A stretch of 64,000 bases of DNA. It comes from Desulfobacterales bacterium. Lineage in GTDB: Bacteria > Desulfobacterota > Desulfobacteria > Desulfobacterales > JAHEIW01. This document shows, piece after piece, positions 1 to 9,577 of this stretch. The stretch is taken from contig JASJAN010000002.1 in the NCBI GenBank assembly GCA_030066985.1, positions 122,531-186,530 of the forward strand, in the 5' to 3' direction. The notes beneath the pieces are model-generated. The model was not told where the DNA came from. It did not search any database and worked only from the letters and a program-made list of their open reading frames with translations. Each line of letters opens with the position of its first letter. The first letter of the stretch is position 1. Position numbers and translations under genes: made by a program.

Positions 1-364
1 CAAGTCTGAACTTGAAGAAAGCGTGCTTTCCAATATAAAAAATAATATCGAGCCCTATCTGGAAAAGCTGCAAAGAGGCAGCCTGAATGAGAGGCAAAAA
101 AACTATATCGACATTATTCGAAAAAATTTAAACGACATCATCTCACCATTTGCACGTAATTTATCGTCAATTTATTACCATTTAACCCCCCAGGAAATTC
201 AAATTGCCGGCCTTGTCAGACAGGGAAAAACCAACAAAGAAATTGCTGCGATCATGAGCCTTTCCCTGAAGACCATTGAGTTTCATCGCACCAACATTCG
301 CAAAAAACTGGGATTAAAAACCAGAAAAGCAAATCTGAGAACCTATCTGATGTCCCACGGCTAA
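1..364 (+). CDS. LuxR/GerE-family HTH transcriptional regulator, C-terminal part; the reading frame is open to the window start, so the gene is 5'-truncated
   Basis: Translation of the ORF ending at 364 contains a typical LuxR-type HTH (LTPQEIQIAGLVRQGKTNKEIAAIMSLSLKTIEFHRTNIRKKLG). No stop codon lies in frame back to position 2. Confidence 0.7.
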   Translation, partial: KSELEESVLSNIKNNIEPYLEKLQRGSLNERQKNYIDIIRKNLNDIISPFARNLSSIYYHLTPQEIQIAGLVRQGKTNKEIAAIMSLSLKTIEFHRTNIRKKLGLKTRKANLRTYLMSHG

Positions 365-1073
365 ACCCTAATTAATACTAGAGTTTTACTGGGGTTATTT
401 TCGGTTGTGCGATTCCCCTGATATTTATTATATAATAATTTCAGGTTGCATCTTTGTGCAGCCTACCACCCGCCGCCCCTGAAGTTCGGTTTGGCCTTTT
501 CCGCTTCAGGGGCAATCTGACAACCATAGGGAATTGAAAGTCCCTTTTAGAAATACTAGATTCTTCAGATACCAAACATATACAAGTGTCATCCTTGATT
601 CAAACGCGTCCCGTGATCTTTTTGCCAAGCGTTTTCTTGGGTGCACAAAGAAGAATCAGATCATCAGGCATTGAGTGGGTTCAGGGGGGACATTCACGCC
701 GGATTGAATTCATTCTTGTGCACCCATTATTTTAAGCACCGGGTTCAATTTGTGTCCAAGTCACGCTTTATCGTGTTGTGGCTTCATGCTTATGATCCAG
801 CCCCCCTTCTGTACCCGCTACACCTTATGAAGAAAAAGCTTACACTTACTGCCTTTCGCAGTCTTGCCTATACCTTGCGCCCTATCAAACCCCTGGGAAT
901 GTGCTGTGGCAACACCCTGCTGGAAACGGTTTCAGTTGAACCGTTGGCAGGGAGATCAAAAGCACAGGTAAAGCGGTCATGTATTGTTGAATGCCCTGAA
1001 TGCAAAACAAAGTATGTAAGCAAGTGGGATTAATCCAGCTTTAAAGGGCCATCCGGGAAGCACATTAGTTGCC

Positions 1074-1439
1074 ATGCCATTGAAGATCACCAACACTGAC
1101 AATTACATCCTGATGGAATCCTCCAGCGGAATGGATTATTGGGAAATCATGGAGGGCATTTCCAATTTATTTTCAATGCCTGAATTCAAGAATAAGAATG
1201 ATATTTGGCTGTTTAGAGATGGTCAATTGAAAATCATGTACAGCGACTTGTACAGTATCAAAGATATGGTCGTAAGGCTGTATCCTCCAGATTCCAAAGG
1301 TAAAAAAACGGCCATCGTTGCGCAAACCGGTGTCCAGCACAGTTTGGTCACCTTGTATGCTGATTTGGCTAAAGATCTACCCCGCAAAATAAAGGTTTTC
1401 TCAGATTTACAATCGGCTAAACAGTGGATTCGTATCTGA
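1074..1439 (+). CDS. hypothetical protein (121 aa)
   Basis: Intact ORF with coherent codon usage between the LuxR and TetR genes. No recognisable motif, and the RBS is weak. Confidence 0.3.
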   Translation: MPLKITNTDNYILMESSSGMDYWEIMEGISNLFSMPEFKNKNDIWLFRDGQLKIMYSDLYSIKDMVVRLYPPDSKGKKTAIVAQTGVQHSLVTLYADLAKDLPRKIKVFSDLQSAKQWIRI

Positions 1440-1579
1440 GCTGGATGTTAGCTGATCGGTTGTAACGCCAGTACCTCAAAGTGTTGATGTCATCAACACG
1501 CTTGCAGTTATTAAATCCCAAAAATCAACATCAGTTTTTATACTAACAGATAGTATGATGGAAAAAGGTTACAAAAAAC

Positions 1580-1608
1580 TTGACAATTAAAGACGACCGG
1601 TCTATTTT
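1580..1608 (+). promoter_or_regulatory. putative tetR promoter with embedded operator: TTGACA-17 nt-TATTTT, with the spacer carrying AAGACGACCGGTCTA (core palindrome GACCGGTC)
   Basis: -35/-10 hexamers read directly from the sequence. The same 15-mer recurs in reverse orientation at 2294-2308. Confidence 0.5.
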
Positions 1609-1655
1609 TTAATCGTAAACCTTCATTTAATCACCCATCTGAAGGGATTCATAAA

Positions 1656-2237
1656 ATGGCGTTAAACACCAGAGACCGGATCATTGAAACCGGTGCCGAA
1701 ATTATCCATCGCAAAGGATTCAACCACACGGGTATCCAGGAAATATTGACCGCCGCCGGTGTGCCTAAAGGATCATTTTATAATTATTTCAAGAGTAAAA
1801 ATGACTTTGGGCTTCACATTATCGACTATTTTTCAGCCCACTTTATGCAGATTGCCAGCGAAATCTTGGAGGATACTTCCATTTCACCGCTGAACCGGAT
1901 CTATGAGTTTTTAAGCGCCTTTATGAAGCATTTTGAATCCCAAAATTATGCCGGCGGTTGTCCGATTGGCAATCTGGCGCAGGAAATGGGGGATTTAGAT
2001 CCAGCGTTTCGTAAAAAGCTAAATGAATCCGTCGAGTTGATGATCGATGCGTATTGCCGGCTTTTATCCGCCGCCCAGAAAGACGGTAAGATATCAAAAT
2101 ATTTGGATATTAAAGACACAGCCAGTTTTATTGTCGCCAGTTGGCACGGCGCCATCATTCAAATGAAGCTGAACCAAAGCCTGCAACCGCTCAGAAACCA
2201 CCGCAATTTTATATTTGACCATATTTTAAAAAGATGA
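1656..2237 (+). CDS. TetR/AcrR-family transcriptional regulator
   Basis: N-terminal TetR HTH signature (RDRIIETGAEIIHRKGFNHTGIQEILTAAGVPKGSFYNYFKSKNDF). Confidence 0.85.
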   Translation: MALNTRDRIIETGAEIIHRKGFNHTGIQEILTAAGVPKGSFYNYFKSKNDFGLHIIDYFSAHFMQIASEILEDTSISPLNRIYEFLSAFMKHFESQNYAGGCPIGNLAQEMGDLDPAFRKKLNESVELMIDAYCRLLSAAQKDGKISKYLDIKDTASFIVASWHGAIIQMKLNQSLQPLRNHRNFIFDHILKR

Positions 2238-2293
2238 GCCTGTGATTTGAAACCACAATCAACACAACTTGACCGTCTTTAGGGTGTTAAAAT

Positions 2294-2308
2294 TAGACCG
2301 GTCGTCTT
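2294..2308 (+). promoter_or_regulatory. second copy (reverse complement) of the 15-bp TetR-type operator, upstream of the VOC gene
   Basis: TAGACCGGTCGTCTT is the exact reverse complement of AAGACGACCGGTCTA at 1590-1604. Confidence 0.45.
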
Positions 2309-2487
2309 ATTATTTGCTTTACAGGGATTGTAAAACCCCCCCTCAATATCAATATTAAGAATGAAATTCATGAACGGTTGCTAAAAGCACTCTAATTTTC
2401 AAGGTCCAACGACTGATTTATATCATAACGAAATAGACTGTCTTCACTTTAATAAATCCAAAACCGTTCAAACCTTAGGAGCCTAAC

Positions 2488-2883
2488 ATGGTAGACAAAT
2501 TTAAAACACATGGTGCGTTTAGCTGGTGTGAGTTAATGACAAACGACCCTGAGGCAGCGACCCGATTTTACGTCGAGTTGTTCGGCTGGACGGTTGATAA
2601 GATGCAAATGACGCATATAGACATGACCTACACGGTTGTAAAAAGTGGTGAAGAAGGCCTCGGGGGTATCATGCCGATCCCTGCGGCTGTTGCGGGAATG
2701 CCGCCGCAATGGGGTGTTTATGTTACGGTTGATGATGTGGACGCTACGGCTAAAAAAGCAGAGGAACTCGGCGCCAAAATCGTGATACCCCTGACGGATA
2801 TCCCCAACGTCGGCCGCATGTGTGTATTTCAGGATCCCCAGGGAGCGGCCATTTCTATAATCACGTATGTGGATATGGATTAG
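2488..2883 (+). CDS. VOC (glyoxalase/bleomycin-resistance fold) family protein
   Basis: About 130 aa with a PhnB-like VOC pattern (FSWCELMTNDPEAATRFYVELFGW ... CVFQDPQGAAISI). An AGGAG RBS lies 8 nt upstream. Confidence 0.7.
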   Translation: MVDKFKTHGAFSWCELMTNDPEAATRFYVELFGWTVDKMQMTHIDMTYTVVKSGEEGLGGIMPIPAAVAGMPPQWGVYVTVDDVDATAKKAEELGAKIVIPLTDIPNVGRMCVFQDPQGAAISIITYVDMD

Positions 2884-2934
2884 ACAGCTTCAAACAGACG
2901 TTAAAGAGATTTCAATTTTAATCCAAATAAACGG

Positions 2935-3300
2935 ATGATCATGAAAGCGAACAAACCAACACAATATGCAGAAAAGATAAAAAACCTGGTAGACAGCGTT
3001 TACAGCGGCCCGGGACACAGCGATACCCAGCTTCGACGAGCGGTGGCGCGAAAGGTCGCTGCGCATTGCCATCGGGTACCGGCAAATAGCCTGCGATTGC
3101 CTGAAATGCTTGAACCCTATGTGGACAAGATTGCCCGGCATGCATACAAGGTCACCGATGCAGATGTTAATGACTTGCGAGATGCCGGCTATTCAGAAGA
3201 TGTCATTTTCGAGTTGACGGTAAGCGCGGCTTTGGGGGCAGGCATCGCAAGGCTTGAAACCGGCATGGCGGCCTTAAAGGGAGACAAAGATGCGGCTTAA
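2935..3300 (+). CDS. carboxymuconolactone decarboxylase (CMD)-like protein, short form
   Basis: The C-terminal half resembles the C-terminal half of the downstream CMD/AhpD-like gene (DADVNDLRDAGYSEDVIFELTVSAAL versus AGDMEPLRAEGLSDAAIEDAIHVTVLF). Confidence 0.45.
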   Translation: MIMKANKPTQYAEKIKNLVDSVYSGPGHSDTQLRRAVARKVAAHCHRVPANSLRLPEMLEPYVDKIARHAYKVTDADVNDLRDAGYSEDVIFELTVSAALGAGIARLETGMAALKGDKDAA

Positions 3301-3868
3301 GAAAATTGAAAGCGGCCAGAAACTCTCCAAAAAATTGGTCCTGGGGCTGATGGGCTTTAAACTCGGTGAACGCGCGCCAGATGTGCTTCGCACCGTATGG
3401 TATCGACCGGAGTATTTCGGGAACCCCTACGGCAGTTACCTGAATGCCGTTATGCGCGGCCCCTCGCAATGGTCGGTGGGTGAACGCGAGCTATTTGCCG
3501 CTTTTGTATCAAAATTAAACCAGTGTGCTTTTTGAACCGGCGCCCATGGCGCGGTCGCGTCAAAAGCACTGGGTGCAAATATCAGCCAAGCGGTTTTAAA
3601 AGACTGGCGCAACGCCCCTATCAGCAGACGACTTCGGGCGGCATTGGCATTTATTGAAAAGCTGACGCTGGCGCCGCATGAAATTGAGGCCGGCGATATG
3701 GAACCACTCCGGGCAGAAGGCCTCAGTGATGCGGCCATTGAAGATGCCATTCATGTCACGGTCTTGTTTAACATTATCGATCGTATCGCCGATTCCCTGG
3801 GTTTTGCCATACCCAGCGCGAAGAGTTTTGCAAATATGGCGGAAGTATTACTCAAAAGAGGATATTAA
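3290..3868 (+). CDS. AhpD-like / peroxidase-related (CMD family) protein with an in-frame TGA at 3533-3535; candidate selenoprotein (Cys-x-x-Sec-x3-His)
   Basis: The six-frame ORFs 3290..3535 and 3644..3868 are in the same frame and separated only by one TGA. Read-through gives NQCAF-U-TGAHG, which matches the CMD active-site motif CxxCxxxH with Sec in place of the second Cys. The joined product (192 aa) has the normal length for this family. GGAG RBS precedes the start. A GC-rich hairpin with a GGUC loop lies 12 nt after the UGA at 3548-3561. Confidence 0.6.
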
Positions 3869-4046
3869 AACCTATCTAAAAAATGCAGTCGGTTTTTCCT
3901 TATTTGACGGGCAAACGGGGCAACGGGACAACCTTGATATTTATTTTTACCCAGCAGGTTGACCTGCCAGTCGAGCGGTCATAAGTTTAAACAAATTACT
4001 TCCAACCAATTAAAGCCAACGCTCATTTAAAATAAACGGTAAAAAA

Positions 4047-5654
4047 ATGACATCTGATAAAAACAAAACCAAAGATGAACTCATTAATGAATTAGCAGCG
4101 CTTAAGAAGCAAATTACAGAGAATGCGAATTCTTTTGAGCAAGAGTGCAAATTGCACGACCGTGCAGAAGAAGAATTGCGCCTGGCCAAAGTGATCATCG
4201 ACAACAGCCCTGTGGTTCTCTTTCGACGGTTGGCCGGTGAACAGCCGCGTCTGGTATATGTTTCCGATAACATACGCCAAATGGGATATACCCCCGAAGA
4301 TTTTATCGAAGAAAAAATTTTATTCCGTGAAATCGTTTATCCCGACGACATGGACCGCGTTGCCGAGGAAATTCAGCAATACGCAGAAGAAGATGCGGAA
4401 GAATACACCCAGTTTTACCGTATCAGGACTAAAGACGGCCAAATCCGCTGGGTAGAAGATCAGACCTCGGTGGTAAGGGATGCCGAAGGCAATAAAATTT
4501 TTAATCAAGGGCTGCTGGTAGACATCACCAGCCGCAAGCTGGCAGAAGACGAAGTGCGCAAAAGCGAAGAAAAGTTTCGTCGGATTGTGGAGACCGCCGG
4601 GGAGGGCTTTATCCTCATGGACGAGGATTTGACCATCATCGACGTCAACGAGGCCTACTGTCGCATGCTCGGTTATACCCGGGAAGAAATCCTGGGTAAA
4701 ACCCCGCTTGATTTGGCCTCTGAAGATTTCAGACAATTCATGCTAGCCAATCGCGAAGAAATCCTGGCCAAGGAATATCGGGAATTTGAAGGAACAGTGG
4801 TGGCCAAAGACGGCCGGCATGTACCGATTTTGATTCACGGCAGCACCTTAAGGGATGATCAAGGAGAGGTTATCGGAAATATGGCATTTGTTACCGATAT
4901 GACCGAGCATAAAAAAGCCCTCGCACTGGCCGGAGAAGTTCAAAAAAGTCTGCTGCCCCAGAGCAAGCCGGATGTGCACGGTCTGGATGTGGCCGGCCGC
5001 AATGTATCCTGCGATGAAATCGGCGGAGACTATTTTGACTTTCTGTGGCGGCGTGAAAATCCCGATGGCCCCTTCAGTGTCGTGGTAGGCGATATCACCG
5101 GCCACGGGGTGGATTCAGCCCTGCTGATGACATCAGCCCGCGCGTTTCTGCGCATGCGCGCCTCTCAACCCGGCAGCATTTCAGATATCGTTGGCGCCAT
5201 GAACAGCCATCTGACCCAGGATGTCCTGGAGACCGGACGCTTTATGACCCTGTTTTATCTGACCGTTGACCCGCAAGAAGACCGCATCGATTGGGTGCGC
5301 GCTGGCCATGACCCGGCCCTTTTATATGACCCGCAAAATGACGCTTTCCAGGAGCTCAAAGGCACCGGAATGGCGCTGGGCGTCAACGATACTTTTAAAT
5401 ATGCTGAAAATCGACATGAGGGGTTGATAAACGGTCAAATTATCGCCATTGGCACTGATGGCATCTGGGAAGCGTTCAATAAAGATGGTGCAATGTTTGG
5501 CAAACAGCGCTTTAAAGAGATCATTCGCCAAAACGCCGCAGCAGGGGCCGATGATATTCTCAATGCGGTTTACAATGAAATCAATCAGTTTACCGAAGGT
5601 CAAAAAACTGAAGATGATATCACACTAGTGATTATTAAGATTAAAAAGCCTTAA
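4047..5654 (+). CDS. PAS-PAS-PP2C (SpoIIE/RsbU-type) serine phosphatase
   Basis: Two PAS regions are followed by a PP2C signature (GLDVAGRNVSCDEIGGDYFDF ... GDITGHGVDSALLM ... GTDGIWEA). Confidence 0.8.
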   Translation: MTSDKNKTKDELINELAALKKQITENANSFEQECKLHDRAEEELRLAKVIIDNSPVVLFRRLAGEQPRLVYVSDNIRQMGYTPEDFIEEKILFREIVYPDDMDRVAEEIQQYAEEDAEEYTQFYRIRTKDGQIRWVEDQTSVVRDAEGNKIFNQGLLVDITSRKLAEDEVRKSEEKFRRIVETAGEGFILMDEDLTIIDVNEAYCRMLGYTREEILGKTPLDLASEDFRQFMLANREEILAKEYREFEGTVVAKDGRHVPILIHGSTLRDDQGEVIGNMAFVTDMTEHKKALALAGEVQKSLLPQSKPDVHGLDVAGRNVSCDEIGGDYFDFLWRRENPDGPFSVVVGDITGHGVDSALLMTSARAFLRMRASQPGSISDIVGAMNSHLTQDVLETGRFMTLFYLTVDPQEDRIDWVRAGHDPALLYDPQNDAFQELKGTGMALGVNDTFKYAENRHEGLINGQIIAIGTDGIWEAFNKDGAMFGKQRFKEIIRQNAAAGADDILNAVYNEINQFTEGQKTEDDITLVIIKIKKP

Positions 5655-5988
5655 ATAAAATTAGTGGCAACAGGATTTTCTCAATTAGAAAGCTACATGA
5701 ATCATCAGCGACTGCATCATGCAAACTCATGCATAAGGGGGCGTAACGAAAGAACAGATATCAAATATAAATAAGCAGAAAAATCTAAGGGCAACATTGT
5801 GCCCATGTGCTGCTTTGAGTTTATTCACTGGTCTTTCGCAACGCACCCTAATGCATTCAGACAATACATGACTGTGCTGCTGATAATTCATTCCGCCTTC
5901 GTCAACGGATGGGCAGAATAGCTCAAATAAAACAGCTCGCTGAGAGCGGTCAGTATAAGTTAAAACAACTTGAGGCCGGAGGTTCCCC

Positions 5989-6819
5989 ATGAAGGAAGAA
6001 TTGGAAGCGGTCGAAAAATATATGGATCTCATCGTAGAATTCGCCGTTAAGTATGGTTTTCAGGTCGTCTATGCCATTATTATCCTGATCATCGGTCTGA
6101 TCATTGCACGCTGGCTGTCCAATATGGTGGTTCGTGTCTGTGAATCCCGCCATCTGGACATCACCCTCAGTCGTTTTCTGGGAAATGTTGTGCGGTTGAC
6201 CTTGATTGCATTTGTACTGATCATCGTTCTGGGGAAATTCGGCATCACCATGACGCCATTTATTGCAGCGATCGGTGCGGTGGCTTTTGGCTCCAGTTTG
6301 GCGTTGGCAGGGCTGCTGTCAAATTACGGCGCCGGTCTGAGCATTATCATTACCCGACCGTTTGTGGTCAATGATACCATCCAAATCCAGGGTGTCAGCG
6401 GTGTGGTGGAAGAAGTTGGCCTGGCTGCCACCCGGCTGTCCACCGAAGACGGAGAGCAAATCACCATTCCCAACAAGCACATCGTCGGTGAGATTCTGAT
6501 CAACTCATTTGAAAACAAGGTCGTTGAGGCCAGCATTGGGATCTCTTATGACGATGATGCCCAAAAAGCCATCGATACCATCCAAAAAGCGCTGCAGACA
6601 ATACCCGACATCGTCAGCGAGCCGACGCCCCAAATCGGTATTGAGGAATTTGCCGACTCCAGCGTCAATATCGGCATACGATACTGGGTGCCGACCAAAC
6701 AATATTTTCAAACGCTGTATCAGGCCAATCTGGCTGTTTATAAGGCGCTTGACCAGGCTGGAATTACAATCCCCTTTCCTCAGCGAGACATTCACATGGC
6801 AGCCGGAGATCAGGGTTAA
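5989..6819 (+). CDS. small-conductance mechanosensitive channel (MscS family)
   Basis: N-terminal TM helices followed by an MscS beta-domain pattern (TIQIQGVSGVVEEVGLAATRLSTEDGEQITIPN). Confidence 0.8.
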   Translation: MKEELEAVEKYMDLIVEFAVKYGFQVVYAIIILIIGLIIARWLSNMVVRVCESRHLDITLSRFLGNVVRLTLIAFVLIIVLGKFGITMTPFIAAIGAVAFGSSLALAGLLSNYGAGLSIIITRPFVVNDTIQIQGVSGVVEEVGLAATRLSTEDGEQITIPNKHIVGEILINSFENKVVEASIGISYDDDAQKAIDTIQKALQTIPDIVSEPTPQIGIEEFADSSVNIGIRYWVPTKQYFQTLYQANLAVYKALDQAGITIPFPQRDIHMAAGDQG

Positions 6820-6873
6820 ATACCTCTTCAAAAAAAACACGTGAAAGATCCAAATGCCCCGGCAGTTTCGTTC

Positions 6874-7506
6874 TCACATGCCTTGCCTTGCATTCGCATC
6901 GCAAACTTTTGTTAGCTGGATGCCAACACCACTTGATCCTGTGCGCACGATTTCACCGATCAGCACCTTTATCTTATCCGTCTTGCGGTCGCGTATCTTC
7001 AACTCTATGGTTTGACCTACGGCCAAATCATCAGGGGTTTCAATAAATAGTCCACCGGGGCAGACATTTTTCACTACGCCATCATACTGTCGGCTTTGAG
7101 AAGAAAAGCAGACCGATTGGCAACAGCTCCATCTGGGGTATTTTCTCATATCCACCTTGGCGTTGACATTGATGGCTTCAGTGGATTCCGAAAGTAATAG
7201 GGCGCCGTAGCCGTAATTGTAATAATTGGATTGTGACCGTTTACGCCACAAAATTTTAGTCCGATATACGTCAATGACATCTGAATGATGTGAAAAGGGC
7301 GAATTTTCAATACCCAGTATGATCTCGGCGCCTTCAGCCAAGGTGCAGTTGGATTCAAAATAGAGACCGTTGTCGCAATAGTTCACCATACGGGCATTGC
7401 TAAATGTGCCGCTTTTTAAATTTTTTATTTTAAGCGGAGACTTAAACGCAACGCGTGCGCCAGCTCTTCTTTCAATATATCGCGACATTTTATCTTTCCA
7501 GTTCAT
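6874..7506 (-). CDS. tandem PilZ-domain protein (putative c-di-GMP receptor)
   Basis: Two RxxxR ... D/NxSxxG-like segments (ERRAGARVAF ... NYCDNGLYFES; RQYDGVVKNVCPGGLFIE). Confidence 0.45.
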   Translation of the reverse strand: MNWKDKMSRYIERRAGARVAFKSPLKIKNLKSGTFSNARMVNYCDNGLYFESNCTLAEGAEIILGIENSPFSHHSDVIDVYRTKILWRKRSQSNYYNYGYGALLLSESTEAINVNAKVDMRKYPRWSCCQSVCFSSQSRQYDGVVKNVCPGGLFIETPDDLAVGQTIELKIRDRKTDKIKVLIGEIVRTGSSGVGIQLTKVCDANARQGM

Positions 7507-7976
7507 GTTTTGGTAATAATCGACGCAAATTTCCTGCCAGAGTGCCGAGCTGCAAGGATAAAGTTTACAAGCTATTGATATTAATACTATTTGAGATAAA
7601 ATGCGGGGATAACAAGTTTGTCATTAATGCGGGAAATAACCAATATCTGGGGCATTTAGCAGGTACGCGGGTCATCTTATTGAGCAGGTCAATCGTCTGA
7701 AGCATTGGCAAGCGGGTATAAAGCGGTTTGCAAAGGAGGCCATAAGATCAGTGGCGAGTACAAAAAAGGGCTGGCAGATAATATCATTGCCAACCCAGAC
7801 ATCCCGGCTGCGGAATGCGCCCCTGGAGATTTGACTCGCTTCCTGACTTTGGGTTTCCTTTCGTCAGGATTCGGGGCCATTCCGTTACTTAAAAAAAAAT
7901 AATCATTTGCGTTTTAGCTGTCAAACAACGTAAATACCTTTAAAGCTAAAACCCATGGACTAAAGGAGGACAAAGA

Positions 7977-8219
7977 ATGACACTTGAAATCGTGCGTGGC
8001 ATGCTGGCCTGGAGCACTGTCATCAATTGGGGCTTGTTGCTTTTTTGGCTTATTTTTTTCATCGGGGCCCACGATTGGATGTATAACCTGCACAGTAGAT
8101 GGTTTAATATTTCTGTCGAAAAATTTGATGCCATTCACTACAGCGGCATGGCCATTTTTAAAACTGCGGTTGTCATGCTAAACCTGGTGCCTTATCTGGC
8201 TTTGCGCATTGTGGGCTAA
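7977..8219 (+). CDS. small hydrophobic membrane protein, hypothetical
   Basis: Strong AAGGAGG RBS 6 nt upstream of the ATG. Two predicted TM segments. Confidence 0.45.
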   Translation: MTLEIVRGMLAWSTVINWGLLLFWLIFFIGAHDWMYNLHSRWFNISVEKFDAIHYSGMAIFKTAVVMLNLVPYLALRIVG

Positions 8220-8297
8220 TCAACTTTACTGATCGCTGGTTCTATCAACGGGATTTTAGACACTTTTAATCTGAACATGGTCAATAGGCGTATTTGC

Positions 8298-8906
8298 TCA
8301 TCCGCCGAGTGCGGTAATACCAGACAGCTCGATTGCGGTGTAGAGCAAAAGCAATACAAGCACCGTATTGATCAGCATTCTTAATCTGGGCTGATGCAAA
8401 TGCTTTCTGATTGCGGCCCCACCAAAAGCCCAGGTTGAAGTGGCACAGAAGGCAATAATGGCAAACAGCAGGGCAAACACCGCCAGAAAAAAATAATTTC
8501 CAGCGACAGATGACAAAAAGGTTGAATAAAGGGTGAGGCCGTAAACCGCCACTTTCGGATTCAGCGTCTGGAGAAAAAAACCCTTTTTAAATCCCATTGG
8601 CCTCACATTAGAATGGTCAAAGGCATAACTTGCCCGGGCGGTGCCAATGGCCAGCCATAATATATAGGCCGCGCCGATGACCCGCAGGATCGGCTCTACT
8701 GATGGTATGGTGTTTAGCAGCGCACTTGACACATAAGCACACACAAGCATGATAAAAAAGAAACCCACCATAATCCCTGTCAAATACCTTACCGTTTCTC
8801 GGTACCCGTAAAGAACTCCCATGGACGCGCTGGAAATATTGTTAGGCCCCGGTGTAAAGGTGGTTACCATTGCAAATGAAACCAGCGGAATAAACTCGAT
8901 AGCCAT
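8298..8906 (-). CDS. LysE/RhtB-family amino-acid exporter
   Basis: LysE-type pattern (FIPLVSFAMVTTFTPGPNN). Start placed at MAIEF, which has an AAGGAGG RBS. Confidence 0.8.
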   Translation of the reverse strand: MAIEFIPLVSFAMVTTFTPGPNNISSASMGVLYGYRETVRYLTGIMVGFFFIMLVCAYVSSALLNTIPSVEPILRVIGAAYILWLAIGTARASYAFDHSNVRPMGFKKGFFLQTLNPKVAVYGLTLYSTFLSSVAGNYFFLAVFALLFAIIAFCATSTWAFGGAAIRKHLHQPRLRMLINTVLVLLLLYTAIELSGITALGG

Positions 8907-9010
8907 CGGAAAACCTCCTTGACCATATCTGAAAATTGTCATACTATCTAACAGTCAATTGTACGTTATAACATACATTATGTTTAATATATTGTCAAGG
9001 TGTGCGCTAT

Positions 9011-9565
9011 ATGAAACAAACAGAAAGTAACATTGCAGCCAATTTGAAGGAGATCCGAGAAAAAAGGAACCTGAGCCTGGATCAGCTTGCGGACTTAACA
9101 GGGGTCAGCAAAAGCATGCTGCGGCAAATTGAAACGGGTCGCTCGAGCCCTACGATTGCCACCATATGGAAAATTGCCAATGGATTGCGGTTGTCGTTTA
9201 CAACCCTTGTCAGCAAACGACCTGCGGAAGTGGCTATTATGGACTTTAATGCATCAAGGCCATTGACCGCAAAATCAAAACGCTATCGTCTGTTTCCGAT
9301 GGTTCCGTTTGACCCGGAGCATGCATTTGAGATTTACCATGTCGAGATTGAACCCAAGACCACCTTTGAGGGAGAGCCCCATGAGGGCAATGTAGAAGAA
9401 TATGTTTTTGTTCTGAGTGGTAAACTTGAAGTTACGGTTGATGATAACCACTACAGGGCTAAAGCCAACCAGTTTATGCGCTTTGTCGCCAATCGCCCGC
9501 ACACCTACTACAGCGCAGGTAAAAAGATGGTTTCAGCCATTATGATGATCTGCTACCTGGGATAA
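9011..9565 (+). CDS. XRE-family HTH regulator with C-terminal cupin domain
   Basis: HTH_XRE (LKEIREKRNLSLDQLADLTGVSKSMLRQIETG) plus a cupin beta-barrel. Divergent from the LysE exporter, the classic regulator/exporter arrangement. Confidence 0.75.
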   Translation: MKQTESNIAANLKEIREKRNLSLDQLADLTGVSKSMLRQIETGRSSPTIATIWKIANGLRLSFTTLVSKRPAEVAIMDFNASRPLTAKSKRYRLFPMVPFDPEHAFEIYHVEIEPKTTFEGEPHEGNVEEYVFVLSGKLEVTVDDNHYRAKANQFMRFVANRPHTYYSAGKKMVSAIMMICYLG

Positions 9566-9577
9566 ATAGATGTCGAT

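Noticed and set aside
641-1033. 130-aa plus-strand ORF between the LuxR and hypothetical genes
   Set aside because: No RBS, odd composition (Cys/His/Leu-rich, no motif), and alternative start. Likely non-coding intergenic DNA.
3533-3535. Interpretation of the TGA as a pseudogene-forming nonsense mutation or sequencing error
   Set aside because: The stop falls exactly on the catalytic Cys of the family motif. A second gene in the window (57804-57806) shows the same UGA-for-Cys pattern. Together these favour Sec, though this remains unproven without sel genes.
5727-6153. Minus-strand ORFs overlapping the MscS start
   Set aside because: Overlap a confidently called gene. No supporting signals.
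7689-7902. Two overlapping 60-65-aa ORFs in the PilZ-to-membrane-protein gap
   Set aside because: Mutually exclusive, without RBS or motif. Insufficient evidence to call either.
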